A stretch of 48,124 nt of DNA from Candidatus Woesearchaeota archaeon (lineage in GTDB: Archaea; Nanobdellota; Nanobdellia; Woesearchaeales; UBA583), in contig JBFKKL010000001.1 in NCBI GenBank assembly GCA_041631255.1, positions 1-48,124 on the forward strand. Direction: 5' to 3'. A program made the translations under genes and the position numbers. Below, in pieces: positions 16,425 to 26,312 of this stretch (within the stretch, counting starts at the first letter, position 1; the number at the start of each line of letters is the position of its first letter). Below the pieces are notes generated by a model. It had not been told where the DNA came from and did not search any database. It saw nothing but the letters and a program-made list of their open reading frames with translations.

Positions 16425-17489
16425 ATGGCGAAAAAAAACAAATCAAACGGAATGTCAGGAGGAATGTTACTTTCAGTAGTAGTAGTTTCCGCCTTAGTAG
16501 TTCTAGCAATTCTAGGACTTACAGGACAATTCCAATCAGTAGGTACTACTGAAGAACAAAAAGCAGTTGTTGAACAACAGTTAGCAAGTATTTCTTGTCC
16601 TGACGATAAAACAACAACAGTGACATTGAATGTTCAAAATCCTCTTAACACAACAGGAGCAGAATCATTTGATGCCGAAGTTACTTTCTTAGGTGACAAC
16701 GGAGAGAAAACAACAGGTACAGATTCTACAGACGGTTCTTACAACTTAAATTGTGGTACAGTTTACGAATTAATTGTTGAATCAGCAGACGGTGCTTCAG
16801 GAGATAATGCGTTCATTAAATCAGTTCTTGAAGGAAACGGAGCAGAAGTAACAGAAGAAGGTACAATTGTTTTCGCACCAAGTCAAGCAACTTATAGACT
16901 TACAGCAAGTGTTTCACAACACGCAACTATTGAGACTAAAGTTTATGACAGAGAAGATGCAAGATTTGCATACGACTCAGGTGACGCATCAAACTCAGAA
17001 TATGAAGGAGACGCTACAACTTTCAGAGATGGAGACAATGCAACAGCGTTCGCTCTAACTAATGATGGTGACTACCTTGACTTAGAACTGAGTTTAAGAA
17101 GTGTTCAAACAGATACAGAATTTGGTGACGGAGGTTTCTTCATCGCAGTTGAAGCACCTGTAACTGAATACGATGAACCAACAGTTTCATTCAACGGAGT
17201 TACTCTAGAAGAAATTAAAGGTTCAGGTCTAAATGAATACGAATCAAAACAACTATCCAATTATGAATACGTTTACTTTGTTGACGAGAGCATCGTTAGA
17301 AAAGCCAAGACTCTTGGATTCTACATCGAAGCAAACTCAGATGCTAGTACTGACGTAGAAATTGATTTAGTTGCAATCGGTAAAGTTGACAGTATTGATG
17401 GAGTTAACATTATTACATCAAGTGCTCAAGACAACTCAGCAAGTACAACTGTTTACTCAGTAATGGACTTCACTGTAGATGTAAGTTAG
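16425..17489 (+). CDS. Abundant-looking acidic structural protein with an N-terminal TM anchor (candidate major virion/envelope protein)
   Basis: MAKKNKSNG..LLSVVVVSALVVLAILGL anchor. Codon usage is visibly biased (GGT/GAA/GAC/ACT/GTT). It has its own promoter and its own hairpin plus T-tract terminator. Confidence 0.6.
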   Translation: MAKKNKSNGMSGGMLLSVVVVSALVVLAILGLTGQFQSVGTTEEQKAVVEQQLASISCPDDKTTTVTLNVQNPLNTTGAESFDAEVTFLGDNGEKTTGTDSTDGSYNLNCGTVYELIVESADGASGDNAFIKSVLEGNGAEVTEEGTIVFAPSQATYRLTASVSQHATIETKVYDREDARFAYDSGDASNSEYEGDATTFRDGDNATAFALTNDGDYLDLELSLRSVQTDTEFGDGGFFIAVEAPVTEYDEPTVSFNGVTLEEIKGSGLNEYESKQLSNYEYVYFVDESIVRKAKTLGFYIEANSDASTDVEIDLVAIGKVDSIDGVNIITSSAQDNSASTTVYSVMDFTVDVS

Positions 17490-17516
17490 AGTTTATCTCT
17501 AACTCTTTTACCTTTT
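17484..17516 (+). terminator. Hairpin (AGTTAGAG/CTCTAACT) followed by two T4 tracts
   Basis: 8-bp stem overlapping the stop codon, then TTTT at 17506-17509 and 17513-17516. Confidence 0.55.
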
Positions 17517-17596
17517 CAAAATTTAATTTAATAATAGGGTGAATGAAAATTCAATTTAAGGTTTGATTCCTTAACACTCTGCTCCTCAAAGAAAAA

Positions 17597-17779
17597 ATGG
17601 TCTCAAAAAAAGAAAACAGATTAAATATAGGTCTAGCATCTTTCTTCTTCTTAATGAGTATTGTCTTATTTTTAGACGCTTATAGAAGTACGGAAGTTAT
17701 GATTCAATTCATTAAAGGAATCTCAGGAACAATCGGCTTAGCATTAGGTTGGTTATTCAGTATGAAGGTGAAATTATAA
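17597..17779 (+). CDS. Small two-TM protein
   Basis: 60 aa, with hydrophobic segments IGLASFFFLMSIVLFL and ISGTIGLALGWLF. Confidence 0.55.
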   Translation: MVSKKENRLNIGLASFFFLMSIVLFLDAYRSTEVMIQFIKGISGTIGLALGWLFSMKVKL

Positions 17780-17780
17780 A

Positions 17781-18869
17781 ATGGCAAGAACCACAGTATC
17801 AAAACATAAAAGAACAGTTAATGGAAAAACTGTTGATGTAGTGCAACATTCAAGAAAAGTTGAAAAGGTTGAACCTAAAAGTAAAAGTCCAATTAAAGAA
17901 GTAAGCAAATTCCCAAAAGAATTCAAAAGATATGTTTCATTTGTAGATAAAGAAGGAAAGAATGTTAAAGTTGAAATTGAGTATAAATTATTAAGAGGAA
18001 ATAGTGCACCTTATTTCGCCATAACTAGGGAAAGGGCAGGAAGTTCAGGAGCAGGAGGTTGGATTCCTAAAAACGAAGAACAACAAATCCTCTTAGACTT
18101 CCAAGATAAATATCATTTGAAATCTGATATACCAAAAGATTTAGAATTAAGAATTGATTCATTAATCAGATTAATTGAAGATGCCGAAGAAAACACTCAA
18201 GATGATTTAGGGCTTAGTGGTTGGATGCTAGAAGCCATGAAGGAATTAGCAGAAGACCAAGACGAAGTTTTCACCGAAGCAAACGAAATAAGTTCTACAG
18301 AATTTGAAGTTGAAGGAGCAAACAGATACAGAGTATTTGCATCTTATGATGATGCAAAGACAACAGCAATTGATGAACTTGAAGAGCAAGTTGAAGACGA
18401 CCCTGAAAATTTTCTAAATGATTTTTTCTTAGGATATATTGATACAAATAGGGCAGAAAATTTTTTCACAGATATTTACAATGAACAAAATTATGGATAT
18501 GCAGAAGATATTCAATCAGAAGGAAGTTCTCAAGGATACGAGAATAGATTGGTTGACGAATTATTAGAAAGAAATATTATCACAGAAGACCAAGCAGAAG
18601 AAGAAGACTTTGATGGGTCAGATTTCATTGATGAATTTGTAGAAGAAATGACAAACGATAGTATTAATGAAGGAAGAGGAGGATACGATTATTACGAATC
18701 AAACTTCGGAGAAGAAGAAGCGAAAACCTTAGCGAAAGATAATGGATTAATTGACATTAGGTCAGCATCAGAAAATGCAGTAAACATAGATGGAGTAGGA
18801 CATTTCCTTGCAGGATATGATGGAGCAGACATAGAATTACCAAGTGGAGCATACGCATTCAAAAACTAG
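17781..18869 (+). CDS. Protein with the shared basic N-terminal module and a very acidic C-terminal region, paralog 2
   Basis: KHKRTVNGKTVDVVQHSRKVEKVEPKSKSP at the N-terminus. D/E-rich C-terminal half (EDQAEEEDFDGSDFIDEFVEEM). Confidence 0.65.
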   Translation: MARTTVSKHKRTVNGKTVDVVQHSRKVEKVEPKSKSPIKEVSKFPKEFKRYVSFVDKEGKNVKVEIEYKLLRGNSAPYFAITRERAGSSGAGGWIPKNEEQQILLDFQDKYHLKSDIPKDLELRIDSLIRLIEDAEENTQDDLGLSGWMLEAMKELAEDQDEVFTEANEISSTEFEVEGANRYRVFASYDDAKTTAIDELEEQVEDDPENFLNDFFLGYIDTNRAENFFTDIYNEQNYGYAEDIQSEGSSQGYENRLVDELLERNIITEDQAEEEDFDGSDFIDEFVEEMTNDSINEGRGGYDYYESNFGEEEAKTLAKDNGLIDIRSASENAVNIDGVGHFLAGYDGADIELPSGAYAFKN

Positions 18870-18873
18870 GAAA

Positions 18874-19173
18874 ATGAAACGAACAATAAGAATCAAACCA
18901 TATCAAAGGAGCAAAGGAACTATCAAAGTTAAAGGACATATGAGAACTATCGAAACAAAAAATGTTTCTCCAACATCCAAAGCACCAATAAATAGAAAAA
19001 AATATTATGTCCAAGAAAATATTGGTAAAGTAAAATATGCTTTAAGTTTTCACGATGGCAAAAAGAAAAATCGTGATGGAAGTCCATTCTATGACCTTAG
19101 AACATTTAAGAATAAAAAAGATTTAGAAAATGAGATTAACAAACTAAAATCTCAAGGTTATATGGAGAGGTAA
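18874..19173 (+). CDS. Protein with the shared basic N-terminal module, paralog 3
   Basis: MKRTIRIKPYQRSKGTIKVKGHMRTIETKNVSPTSKAP. The ATG at 18874 follows the upstream TAG. Confidence 0.6.
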   Translation: MKRTIRIKPYQRSKGTIKVKGHMRTIETKNVSPTSKAPINRKKYYVQENIGKVKYALSFHDGKKKNRDGSPFYDLRTFKNKKDLENEINKLKSQGYMER

Positions 19174-19186
19174 GAGGAAATAAAAA

Positions 19187-19372
19187 ATGAAACAAGCAAC
19201 AAAAAAAAGAATTAACAGAATAGCATATGGATTTGGAATAACAATAGTGGTTGTAAGTCACATATACTTACTTATGACAGGAAGTTTACCTGAAGATATG
19301 GTTAAAGACCATGCAATAATTAATCTAGTAGCAGGAGGAGCACTAGCATACAGTTGGTTCACTAAAAAATAA
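19187..19372 (+). CDS. Small two-TM protein
   Basis: 61 aa, two hydrophobic helices. Confidence 0.55.
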   Translation: MKQATKKRINRIAYGFGITIVVVSHIYLLMTGSLPEDMVKDHAIINLVAGGALAYSWFTKK

Positions 19373-19374
19373 AA

Positions 19375-19665
19375 ATGGCACAAACTAAATTCAATATAAA
19401 AAGGTACATTGGAACATACTTCATATTTAATGTATTGAATTTAATTGCTCTAACTATTGGAGGGATTTTAATAACATTATTATTCTTTTGGGCTAATTTA
19501 CCTGACATTGTATTAATGATATTATCTGCTTTAATCTCTCTTAGTTTAATGTATTGGCTAGTTGAAAGAATGAAATTGAATTTTCTATATTTCTTTGTAT
19601 TCAACATAGTGTTTTCAATAGCATTGATATTATTAATAGCATTCTTATTCGCATTGGTGATTTAA
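19375..19665 (+). CDS. Small multi-TM protein
   Basis: 96 aa, three hydrophobic segments. Confidence 0.55.
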   Translation: MAQTKFNIKRYIGTYFIFNVLNLIALTIGGILITLLFFWANLPDIVLMILSALISLSLMYWLVERMKLNFLYFFVFNIVFSIALILLIAFLFALVI

Positions 19666-19666
19666 A

Positions 19667-20599
19667 ATGGCAAGAAAAATAATCCAACAACAAAATGTAA
19701 ATTCATTCGCAATCATTCTATTAATGATTATGATTTTAGGAGTGGGTTTTGGTTGGATGGTAGGTCTTCAAGCAGGACAATTATATGGTATTCTTTTCAC
19801 AACTACATTTGCAACATTTTTCATTGTATTTTCATTAGTAGATGAAACGAATAAACAGACATTAAGAAATTTCTATAAAACTCCTTTATATTCTTCAACA
19901 CCTGCAAGTATAGGTATGTTCCTTTTAGGTTGGATTGCAATTGCCATTATCAACTTTTTAGGTAGTCTAGGTAATTTCTTCGGATTACAAAACTTTTCAA
20001 CAACACAAGTATTTGGTGACTTGTATTTTTCAGGAGGGGGCAGACTATCAGAAGGAATCTCTCAAACATTTCAGGCAGGGATTTTGGAATCATCAAAATT
20101 AACTGAGTTTTATTACAGTTGCATTGTAGCACCAATTCAAGAGGAATGGACATTCGCAATTGTTCTTCCTCTTTTAGGTTACATGTTCGCAATAGGGATA
20201 AGACAATTATTTGGAAAAACTTTACCGTTTGGAATTAAAGATAAAACATTTCTTTGGTTCATAACAATTGTTTTATCGATAGGTGCTTTTATGTACATAC
20301 ATAAATTAAATGCATCTTATGTAGGGATAATGTTCATTATTGCAGGACTATTCAGGTTAGCAATTAATGTGTTAATTTACTTTTACGGTCTAGCATTAAG
20401 TTTCGGTATTGGAGCACACATGGCAAACAACACAACAGCATGGGTTAACGCAAACGGATTTGGAACTTTAATTTCAACTCTAGTAACAAGCGTGTTCGGT
20501 TGGTTGTTTTTAGGTTTGTTCTTGTGGCTTATAATTTACTCTATAAGAAACTTTGGCGATGTTGTTAAAGGGATTAGCGAGGAATTAAGTAACAGGTAA
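19667..20599 (+). CDS. CPBP-family (CAAX/Abi-like) intramembrane protease
   Basis: Polytopic. The three family motifs appear in order: IQEEWTF (EExxx), FMYIH (FxxxH), HMANN (HxxxN). Confidence 0.6.
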   Translation: MARKIIQQQNVNSFAIILLMIMILGVGFGWMVGLQAGQLYGILFTTTFATFFIVFSLVDETNKQTLRNFYKTPLYSSTPASIGMFLLGWIAIAIINFLGSLGNFFGLQNFSTTQVFGDLYFSGGGRLSEGISQTFQAGILESSKLTEFYYSCIVAPIQEEWTFAIVLPLLGYMFAIGIRQLFGKTLPFGIKDKTFLWFITIVLSIGAFMYIHKLNASYVGIMFIIAGLFRLAINVLIYFYGLALSFGIGAHMANNTTAWVNANGFGTLISTLVTSVFGWLFLGLFLWLIIYSIRNFGDVVKGISEELSNR

Positions 20600-20605
20600 C
20601 GCCCA

Positions 20606-23600
20606 ATGAAAAAAGTACTAATACTAACAATATTAACTCTCTTCTTACCAAGTTTAGTTTTTAGTGCGTTCAATGGAGACGATGATGGATTCCACAGTAA
20701 TGCAGTTGTAACTGAAGGTTCAACAGTTTGCGATTTCGATTTCGAAGATTACAATAACGCAGGAGACGATGCAAATTACGGTTCATTCGATGACCCTGAC
20801 GATACGGGCACAGTTAGAACTCCTTTACAATTTTGGGTATCAAGGACATCAACAATTACTGTAACCTCAACATGTGAATATACAATTTATGAAACGGAGA
20901 CTTGTTCAGGAGCAACAATTCACACAGGTTCAAATACAGGAGGAACAGGAACTTACACAGTTAATATCGCACCAAGCAATTTTGCAGGACATCAAGGTGA
21001 ATTATGTTTATGCGTTAAAGCAATCAATGACCCAGCACTTGGAGACCCAACGGAGAACGAAGAATGCGGTCAAATCGGAATTGCACCTTACATAACTTCA
21101 TTAAATGTAACTGAAAGTACAGTAAATTTATTCCAAAATCAAACTTTAAATTATTCAATTGATGACACGAACGATATTGAAAGACTAGATTGGAAGATAC
21201 TTAGAGTATCAGATAACTCAACAATTAAATCAACATTAAGAGACACAAATCTTTCAGGATTAGTTCAAGAACAACAAATTAATTTTTCAACTAATCCGAT
21301 TTTAGATACAACCCATAAATATTCTGCATTAGGTTGGAGAGATGATAGTGAGAACCATACAAGATTTTCAACAAACTCAGTTAATTTATCAAACGAGTAC
21401 AATATTACAGGCACACTATTTTGTGAAGATTTCACAGACAATTTAGGATTAGGAATTTACAATAAAGGTGAACAGTTGAATTTATCGGGAACAATTGACG
21501 ATTGGAATCAAACAGACTATACAGTAACAACGGGCGTTGGTTACCAAATACAGTACAGAGTAGCAAGTCAAGAAACGAACGAGTTCACATCAACTACAAC
21601 AGACGTAAATTCAACAGGAGGTTGGAACAGAGTTACAACCATTTCAGATTCAGCAGAAGCCACAAACACTTTCACAGGAACTTCTTATGATATAACATTT
21701 CAAATTGACGCAGACGTAGATTCAACAGAGAACATGACTTGTACTTATTCAGGAGTAACTGACATCTCTTCCTTAATTCAATTATCTACAACTCCAAGCG
21801 TACCCACTGCCGATAACAAATATTCAACTAATTATTCAATCTATAATTACGGTGAGACAGCAAATATTTGGGGATACTTATTCAACGTAAGAAATGAGAC
21901 ATATTCTAATCAAGCGAATATGACACTTTTAGTTTTAAATTCCACAAACGCAACTGAAGAGACAGTAAACATTTCAACTAACGGTTCAGGTTATTTCGAG
22001 ACCTCTTATAACATAGTTTCTCCTGACACGTCAACGAACGATAAAACAGGTAGTCCAAAACATATCCAAATAACACCTAATAACGGGAACTCAGAAATCA
22101 ATTCATCAAGTAATCATAGCGTATCATCTTTAATAGAATTGGATTCAAACACTTGTTCAGCATCCAACAACAATTTATTCAATACAACATACAATATTTA
22201 CAATTATGGAGAGACAGTAAACTTTTGGGGATATTTATGTAATGTAAGGGGCGAACCGTACAGTTCAGAATCTAGTTTGAACGTATTAGTTTTAAATTCC
22301 ACAAACGCAACAGAAGAGAACATAACTTTTTCAACTGACTCAAACGGTTTCTTCAATGAAACTTACAACACAACATCACCTGATACAGCAACAAATGATT
22401 TCATAGGAAGTCCAAAACATTTAAGGATAACTCCTAACGATGACAATTCACAATTCGATTCAGCAAACGGGCATTCACTATCAACTTTAATCCAATTATC
22501 TACGAACACCTGTTCAGCATCCAACAATAATTTATATTCAACTAATTATTCAATTTACAATTACGGTGAGACAGTAAACATTGAAGGATATTTATGTAAT
22601 GTAAGAAATGAAAGTTACGCAAGTCAATCAGGTATGACATTAAAAGTATTAAGTAACACAAACACAACAGAAGAGACAAAAACGATTTCAACTAACGGTT
22701 CAGGTTATTTTGAAACAACATATACTCCCGCATCGCCCGATTTAGCAACAACAGATTATGTTGGTAGTCCAAAACATATCCAAGTAACTCCTAATGATAA
22801 TAATGGAATTTTAAATTCATCAAGTAATCACAGCATATCAACTTTAATTAGTATCTCAGATAAAGCATGTAATGTAGAAATCAATAATAAATTCAATACA
22901 ACATACAATATTTACAATTACGGAGAGACAGTAAACTTTTGGGGATATTTATGTAATGTAAGAAATGAAAGTTACGCAAGTCAATCCTCTTTAACATTCA
23001 AAGTTCATGCAGACAATGAGAGTGTAGAAGAAACAATCTCAACAGCAAGTACTGACTCAAACGGTTTCTTCAATGAATCTTATGTACCTGATTCAACAGA
23101 TAAAGCAACAAATGATTTCATAGGAAGTCCAAAACATTTAGAGATTACATCCAATGACGATAACAGTATATTCGAAAGTGATTCTTCATTTAATTTAAGT
23201 TCATTACTTAACGCAACAATATGGATTTCCAAATCATCAAGCACCCAAACAATTCCAACAGATGAGATTGCAACACAATTCATTATTGCAGGAGATTCAG
23301 TTTATGCGTGGGTAAAAACTTTAGGAGTTAGAGGAGACAACATTTCATCAGTTACAGTCGATACAAAAACAGTTAGAGGTGCAACAACAGAAGAAACTAA
23401 TAATGGCTTAATAACTAAAGCGAACGCATGGACAAATAGAACTTCGTTCAATCCTGTTGTTCCTGCGGGTCAAAGAGATTTAGTTGCAAACGGAACTGAC
23501 AGTTCAAGTAATTTCTTTTCAGTAAATGAGACAATAGAATATATCCCTGCTTATACAGCAAATAGAATAAGTGTACCATTCATAAGAAAGATTTCAGGTG

Positions 23601-26311
23601 ACGGGATAGGCAACAACTTTGTTTCAGGTTCAGTTCTAAGAATCTACGTTGACTATTTTGTTGATGCACAATTACAAGACACTTTAAACAACCAATCAAC
23701 AGTTACGATTCGTAACTCAACTAATGACATCATGTTAAATGCAACCAACATGACAAGACATTCTTTAGGTAAATATTATTACGATTGGGATACAACGGGC
23801 AAGAACCCTGACTCATACCATTTCTTACTTTTCGGTAAGAACTTAGATACAGTAGATTCTTATTCAAGTGCTTTTGTAATTATAACAAACGAAACTGCAA
23901 TCACATCTTTACCTGTAACCAATAATAATGTTTCAACATCTTCTCCATATGTAAGAAAGATTTCAGGCGATGGTATTGGTAACAATTTCAAGAACGGCTC
24001 AATATTAAGAATTTATTCAGATTTCGCAGTGAATGGAACATTAACAAACACTTCTGAAACTCCTACTATAACATTAAAGAACTCAACAGATAATATAGTT
24101 TTAAATTCTCTTAACATGACATATTTATCAACAGGTAAATATTATTACGATTGGAACACAACAGGAATAAATCAAGACACTTATCACGCCATAACTCAAG
24201 GTAATGTAGGTAACAAGAACACTTACGGAAATGTTTGGTTTGTTGTAACTAATGAAACTCCAACAACTGAATCAATAAACAACAATATAACAACAATAAA
24301 TCCTTACATTAAGAAACTTTCAGGCGATGGCATAGGTAATAACTTCAAGAACGGTTCAGTTCTAAGAATTTACGGAGATTATTTAGTTAATGAGACTTTG
24401 ACTGAACCTTTGAGTAATCTCTCTAAATTGACGATTAGAGATTCAACAAACAATATAATCTTAAATGAAGTTAACATGACAAGAGATAATCAAGGAATTT
24501 ATTATTATGATTGGAATACTCAGAACGAGACTCAAGATACATATTACTTATTAATTGATGGAACAGTTGGGGGTAAAAGAACATTTGGAAGTTCTTGGTT
24601 TATTATAACAAACGAGACAGCAGTAACATCAATCCCTCAAGAAGATGAAAGAACAATCACACCTTACGTTAAAAAACAATCAGGACAAGGTATTGGAAAT
24701 AATTTCGTTAACGGTTCAAGTTTAAGATTATATTCAGATTTCCTATTAAACGGTCAATTAACAAACACATCTGATACACCAACAGTTACAATTCGTAACT
24801 CAACTAACGATATAATCCTGAATGCAACTAATATGACTTTCCATTCAACAGGTAAATATTATTACGATTGGGATACAACAAATGTGAGCCCTGATTCCTA
24901 TTTAGTTATTTATGAAGGAGATTTAAATTCCAATACAACTTATTCGAGTGCATGGTTCATTATAACAAACGAGACAGCAGTAACATCAATCCCTACAACA
25001 AACACTACAACAGTTTCACCTTACATTAAGAAAATATCAGGTGCAGGTATTGACAATAATTTCAAGAACGGTTCAGTTCTAAGACTTTACACAGACTATT
25101 TTGTTAACGGAGCATTAACTGACCCGACAAACAATCAATCAACAGTTACAATTCGTAACTCAACAAACAGCATCATAGTTAACAGTGCTAATATGACAAG
25201 ACATTCAACAGGTAAATATTATTACGATTGGAACACGTCAGGGATTGACCCTGACTCATATTTAGCAATTTATCAAAGTACACTTAGCGGTAACTTAACT
25301 TACGGAAGCACTTGGTTCGTACTAACAAATGAGTCATTAGATAGTTTTTCTGAGAGAATCGCATTAGCAACAGAGATTGGTGCAGGTGCAAAAGTAAAAA
25401 ACAATTTAAACAATTCAGAATATTTCAATAACGAGAACGTAATCACTAAAAGAATAAGTGAAACAGCGTTAATGAAATTCAATATCACTTTCTTAAAAGT
25501 TCCTGATAATGGCGATGATTATAAAGTTAGATATGAGTTTTACGCTAGAAACGGTTCAGGAGAGATTGTTGAATCGATTGAAACAACAGTTCAAGGAACG
25601 ACAGGTAACAAGGACATATATTTTGGGAGCAACAATTTATCTCCTAACGGATTACAGGAAACTTATTTAGTTAAAACAATAGTTAGTATGCAAAACGAGA
25701 ATGGATTATATTTAGAATTTAATGAAACAATTATTGGTTCAATCACAGTTGATAGTTCAAATAGTGTAACGGAAGGAGACACAGTAGGTAGGGCAGGACT
25801 CTACGATGTAATAGTTGAAGTTGATAGACATAAATACGAACCTTCAGACATAGTTAAGGCAGAAATAGTCATCTTCAATACAGGAGACATACCTGATGAG
25901 GACACAGTCTTAATTTATTGGTTAGAAAAGAATGGTGAAAGATATGGAGAAGTGAAAGAACAGTTCTTAGAAATTCCTGTAGGTAAAACTTTCCTTAATA
26001 AAGCAATCGCCTTACCTTCCGATTCAGAACTTGGTGAATGGCGTTTCGTTGCAGAATATTATACAGTTGTTCAACCTAAAATCAAGGTTTACGATTCATT
26101 TGAAGTTGTAGAAGATGTCGCTTTACTTGACGATTTCCAAGAAGAATTAAAGAATTTAGTTTTAATACCTGCAACATTTATTACTGATTCAATTCCCGAA
26201 TTTGTTAAATCACAAAGATTAGTTAGTAGAGATTTTGTTTATGTATGCATTGGAATCTTATTTAGTATCTGCTTATTCATATTCTTCGTGAAAAGGAGGA
26301 AGAGAAAGTAA
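20606..26311 (+). CDS. Giant tandem-repeat surface adhesin-like glycoprotein (1901 aa), C-terminal TM plus KRRKRK
   Basis: Signal peptide. Four A-type and five B-type repeats of about 119 aa. Extremely sequon-rich. C-terminal FVYVCIGILFSICLFIFFVKRRKRK. Confidence 0.8.
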   Translation: MKKVLILTILTLFLPSLVFSAFNGDDDGFHSNAVVTEGSTVCDFDFEDYNNAGDDANYGSFDDPDDTGTVRTPLQFWVSRTSTITVTSTCEYTIYETETCSGATIHTGSNTGGTGTYTVNIAPSNFAGHQGELCLCVKAINDPALGDPTENEECGQIGIAPYITSLNVTESTVNLFQNQTLNYSIDDTNDIERLDWKILRVSDNSTIKSTLRDTNLSGLVQEQQINFSTNPILDTTHKYSALGWRDDSENHTRFSTNSVNLSNEYNITGTLFCEDFTDNLGLGIYNKGEQLNLSGTIDDWNQTDYTVTTGVGYQIQYRVASQETNEFTSTTTDVNSTGGWNRVTTISDSAEATNTFTGTSYDITFQIDADVDSTENMTCTYSGVTDISSLIQLSTTPSVPTADNKYSTNYSIYNYGETANIWGYLFNVRNETYSNQANMTLLVLNSTNATEETVNISTNGSGYFETSYNIVSPDTSTNDKTGSPKHIQITPNNGNSEINSSSNHSVSSLIELDSNTCSASNNNLFNTTYNIYNYGETVNFWGYLCNVRGEPYSSESSLNVLVLNSTNATEENITFSTDSNGFFNETYNTTSPDTATNDFIGSPKHLRITPNDDNSQFDSANGHSLSTLIQLSTNTCSASNNNLYSTNYSIYNYGETVNIEGYLCNVRNESYASQSGMTLKVLSNTNTTEETKTISTNGSGYFETTYTPASPDLATTDYVGSPKHIQVTPNDNNGILNSSSNHSISTLISISDKACNVEINNKFNTTYNIYNYGETVNFWGYLCNVRNESYASQSSLTFKVHADNESVEETISTASTDSNGFFNESYVPDSTDKATNDFIGSPKHLEITSNDDNSIFESDSSFNLSSLLNATIWISKSSSTQTIPTDEIATQFIIAGDSVYAWVKTLGVRGDNISSVTVDTKTVRGATTEETNNGLITKANAWTNRTSFNPVVPAGQRDLVANGTDSSSNFFSVNETIEYIPAYTANRISVPFIRKISGDGIGNNFVSGSVLRIYVDYFVDAQLQDTLNNQSTVTIRNSTNDIMLNATNMTRHSLGKYYYDWDTTGKNPDSYHFLLFGKNLDTVDSYSSAFVIITNETAITSLPVTNNNVSTSSPYVRKISGDGIGNNFKNGSILRIYSDFAVNGTLTNTSETPTITLKNSTDNIVLNSLNMTYLSTGKYYYDWNTTGINQDTYHAITQGNVGNKNTYGNVWFVVTNETPTTESINNNITTINPYIKKLSGDGIGNNFKNGSVLRIYGDYLVNETLTEPLSNLSKLTIRDSTNNIILNEVNMTRDNQGIYYYDWNTQNETQDTYYLLIDGTVGGKRTFGSSWFIITNETAVTSIPQEDERTITPYVKKQSGQGIGNNFVNGSSLRLYSDFLLNGQLTNTSDTPTVTIRNSTNDIILNATNMTFHSTGKYYYDWDTTNVSPDSYLVIYEGDLNSNTTYSSAWFIITNETAVTSIPTTNTTTVSPYIKKISGAGIDNNFKNGSVLRLYTDYFVNGALTDPTNNQSTVTIRNSTNSIIVNSANMTRHSTGKYYYDWNTSGIDPDSYLAIYQSTLSGNLTYGSTWFVLTNESLDSFSERIALATEIGAGAKVKNNLNNSEYFNNENVITKRISETALMKFNITFLKVPDNGDDYKVRYEFYARNGSGEIVESIETTVQGTTGNKDIYFGSNNLSPNGLQETYLVKTIVSMQNENGLYLEFNETIIGSITVDSSNSVTEGDTVGRAGLYDVIVEVDRHKYEPSDIVKAEIVIFNTGDIPDEDTVLIYWLEKNGERYGEVKEQFLEIPVGKTFLNKAIALPSDSELGEWRFVAEYYTVVQPKIKVYDSFEVVEDVALLDDFQEELKNLVLIPATFITDSIPEFVKSQRLVSRDFVYVCIGILFSICLFIFFVKRRKRK
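21770..23210 (+). repeat. Intragenic repeat family A (4 x about 357 nt, ABAB pattern with a 714-nt higher-order period)
   Basis: IYNYGETVN.WGYLCNVR...GSPKH recurs. Copies 1/3 and 2/4 share long near-identical nucleotide runs at an offset of 714 nt. Confidence 0.85.
23565..25345 (+). repeat. Intragenic repeat family B (5 x about 357 nt)
   Basis: PY(I/V)KK.SG.GIGNNF.NGS.LR.Y...GKYYYDW.T...ITNETAVTSIP recurs. AACGAGACAGCAGTAACATCAATCCCT occurs at 24611 and 24968. Confidence 0.85.
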
Positions 26312-26312
26312 A

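Noticed and set aside
7248-20607. The shared 10-mer TAACGCCCAA next to both giant genes (20598-20607, and the reverse complement of 7248-7257).
   Set aside because: In both places it is a stop codon plus 7 nt. A single 10-mer coincidence cannot be distinguished from chance without statistics.
20606-26311. The repeat-rich adhesin could be a diversity-generating retroelement target.
   Set aside because: No reverse transcriptase ORF (no YxDD-type motif seen) and no template-repeat/variable-repeat pair with adenine-specific differences could be identified. The variation looks like ordinary tandem-domain duplication.
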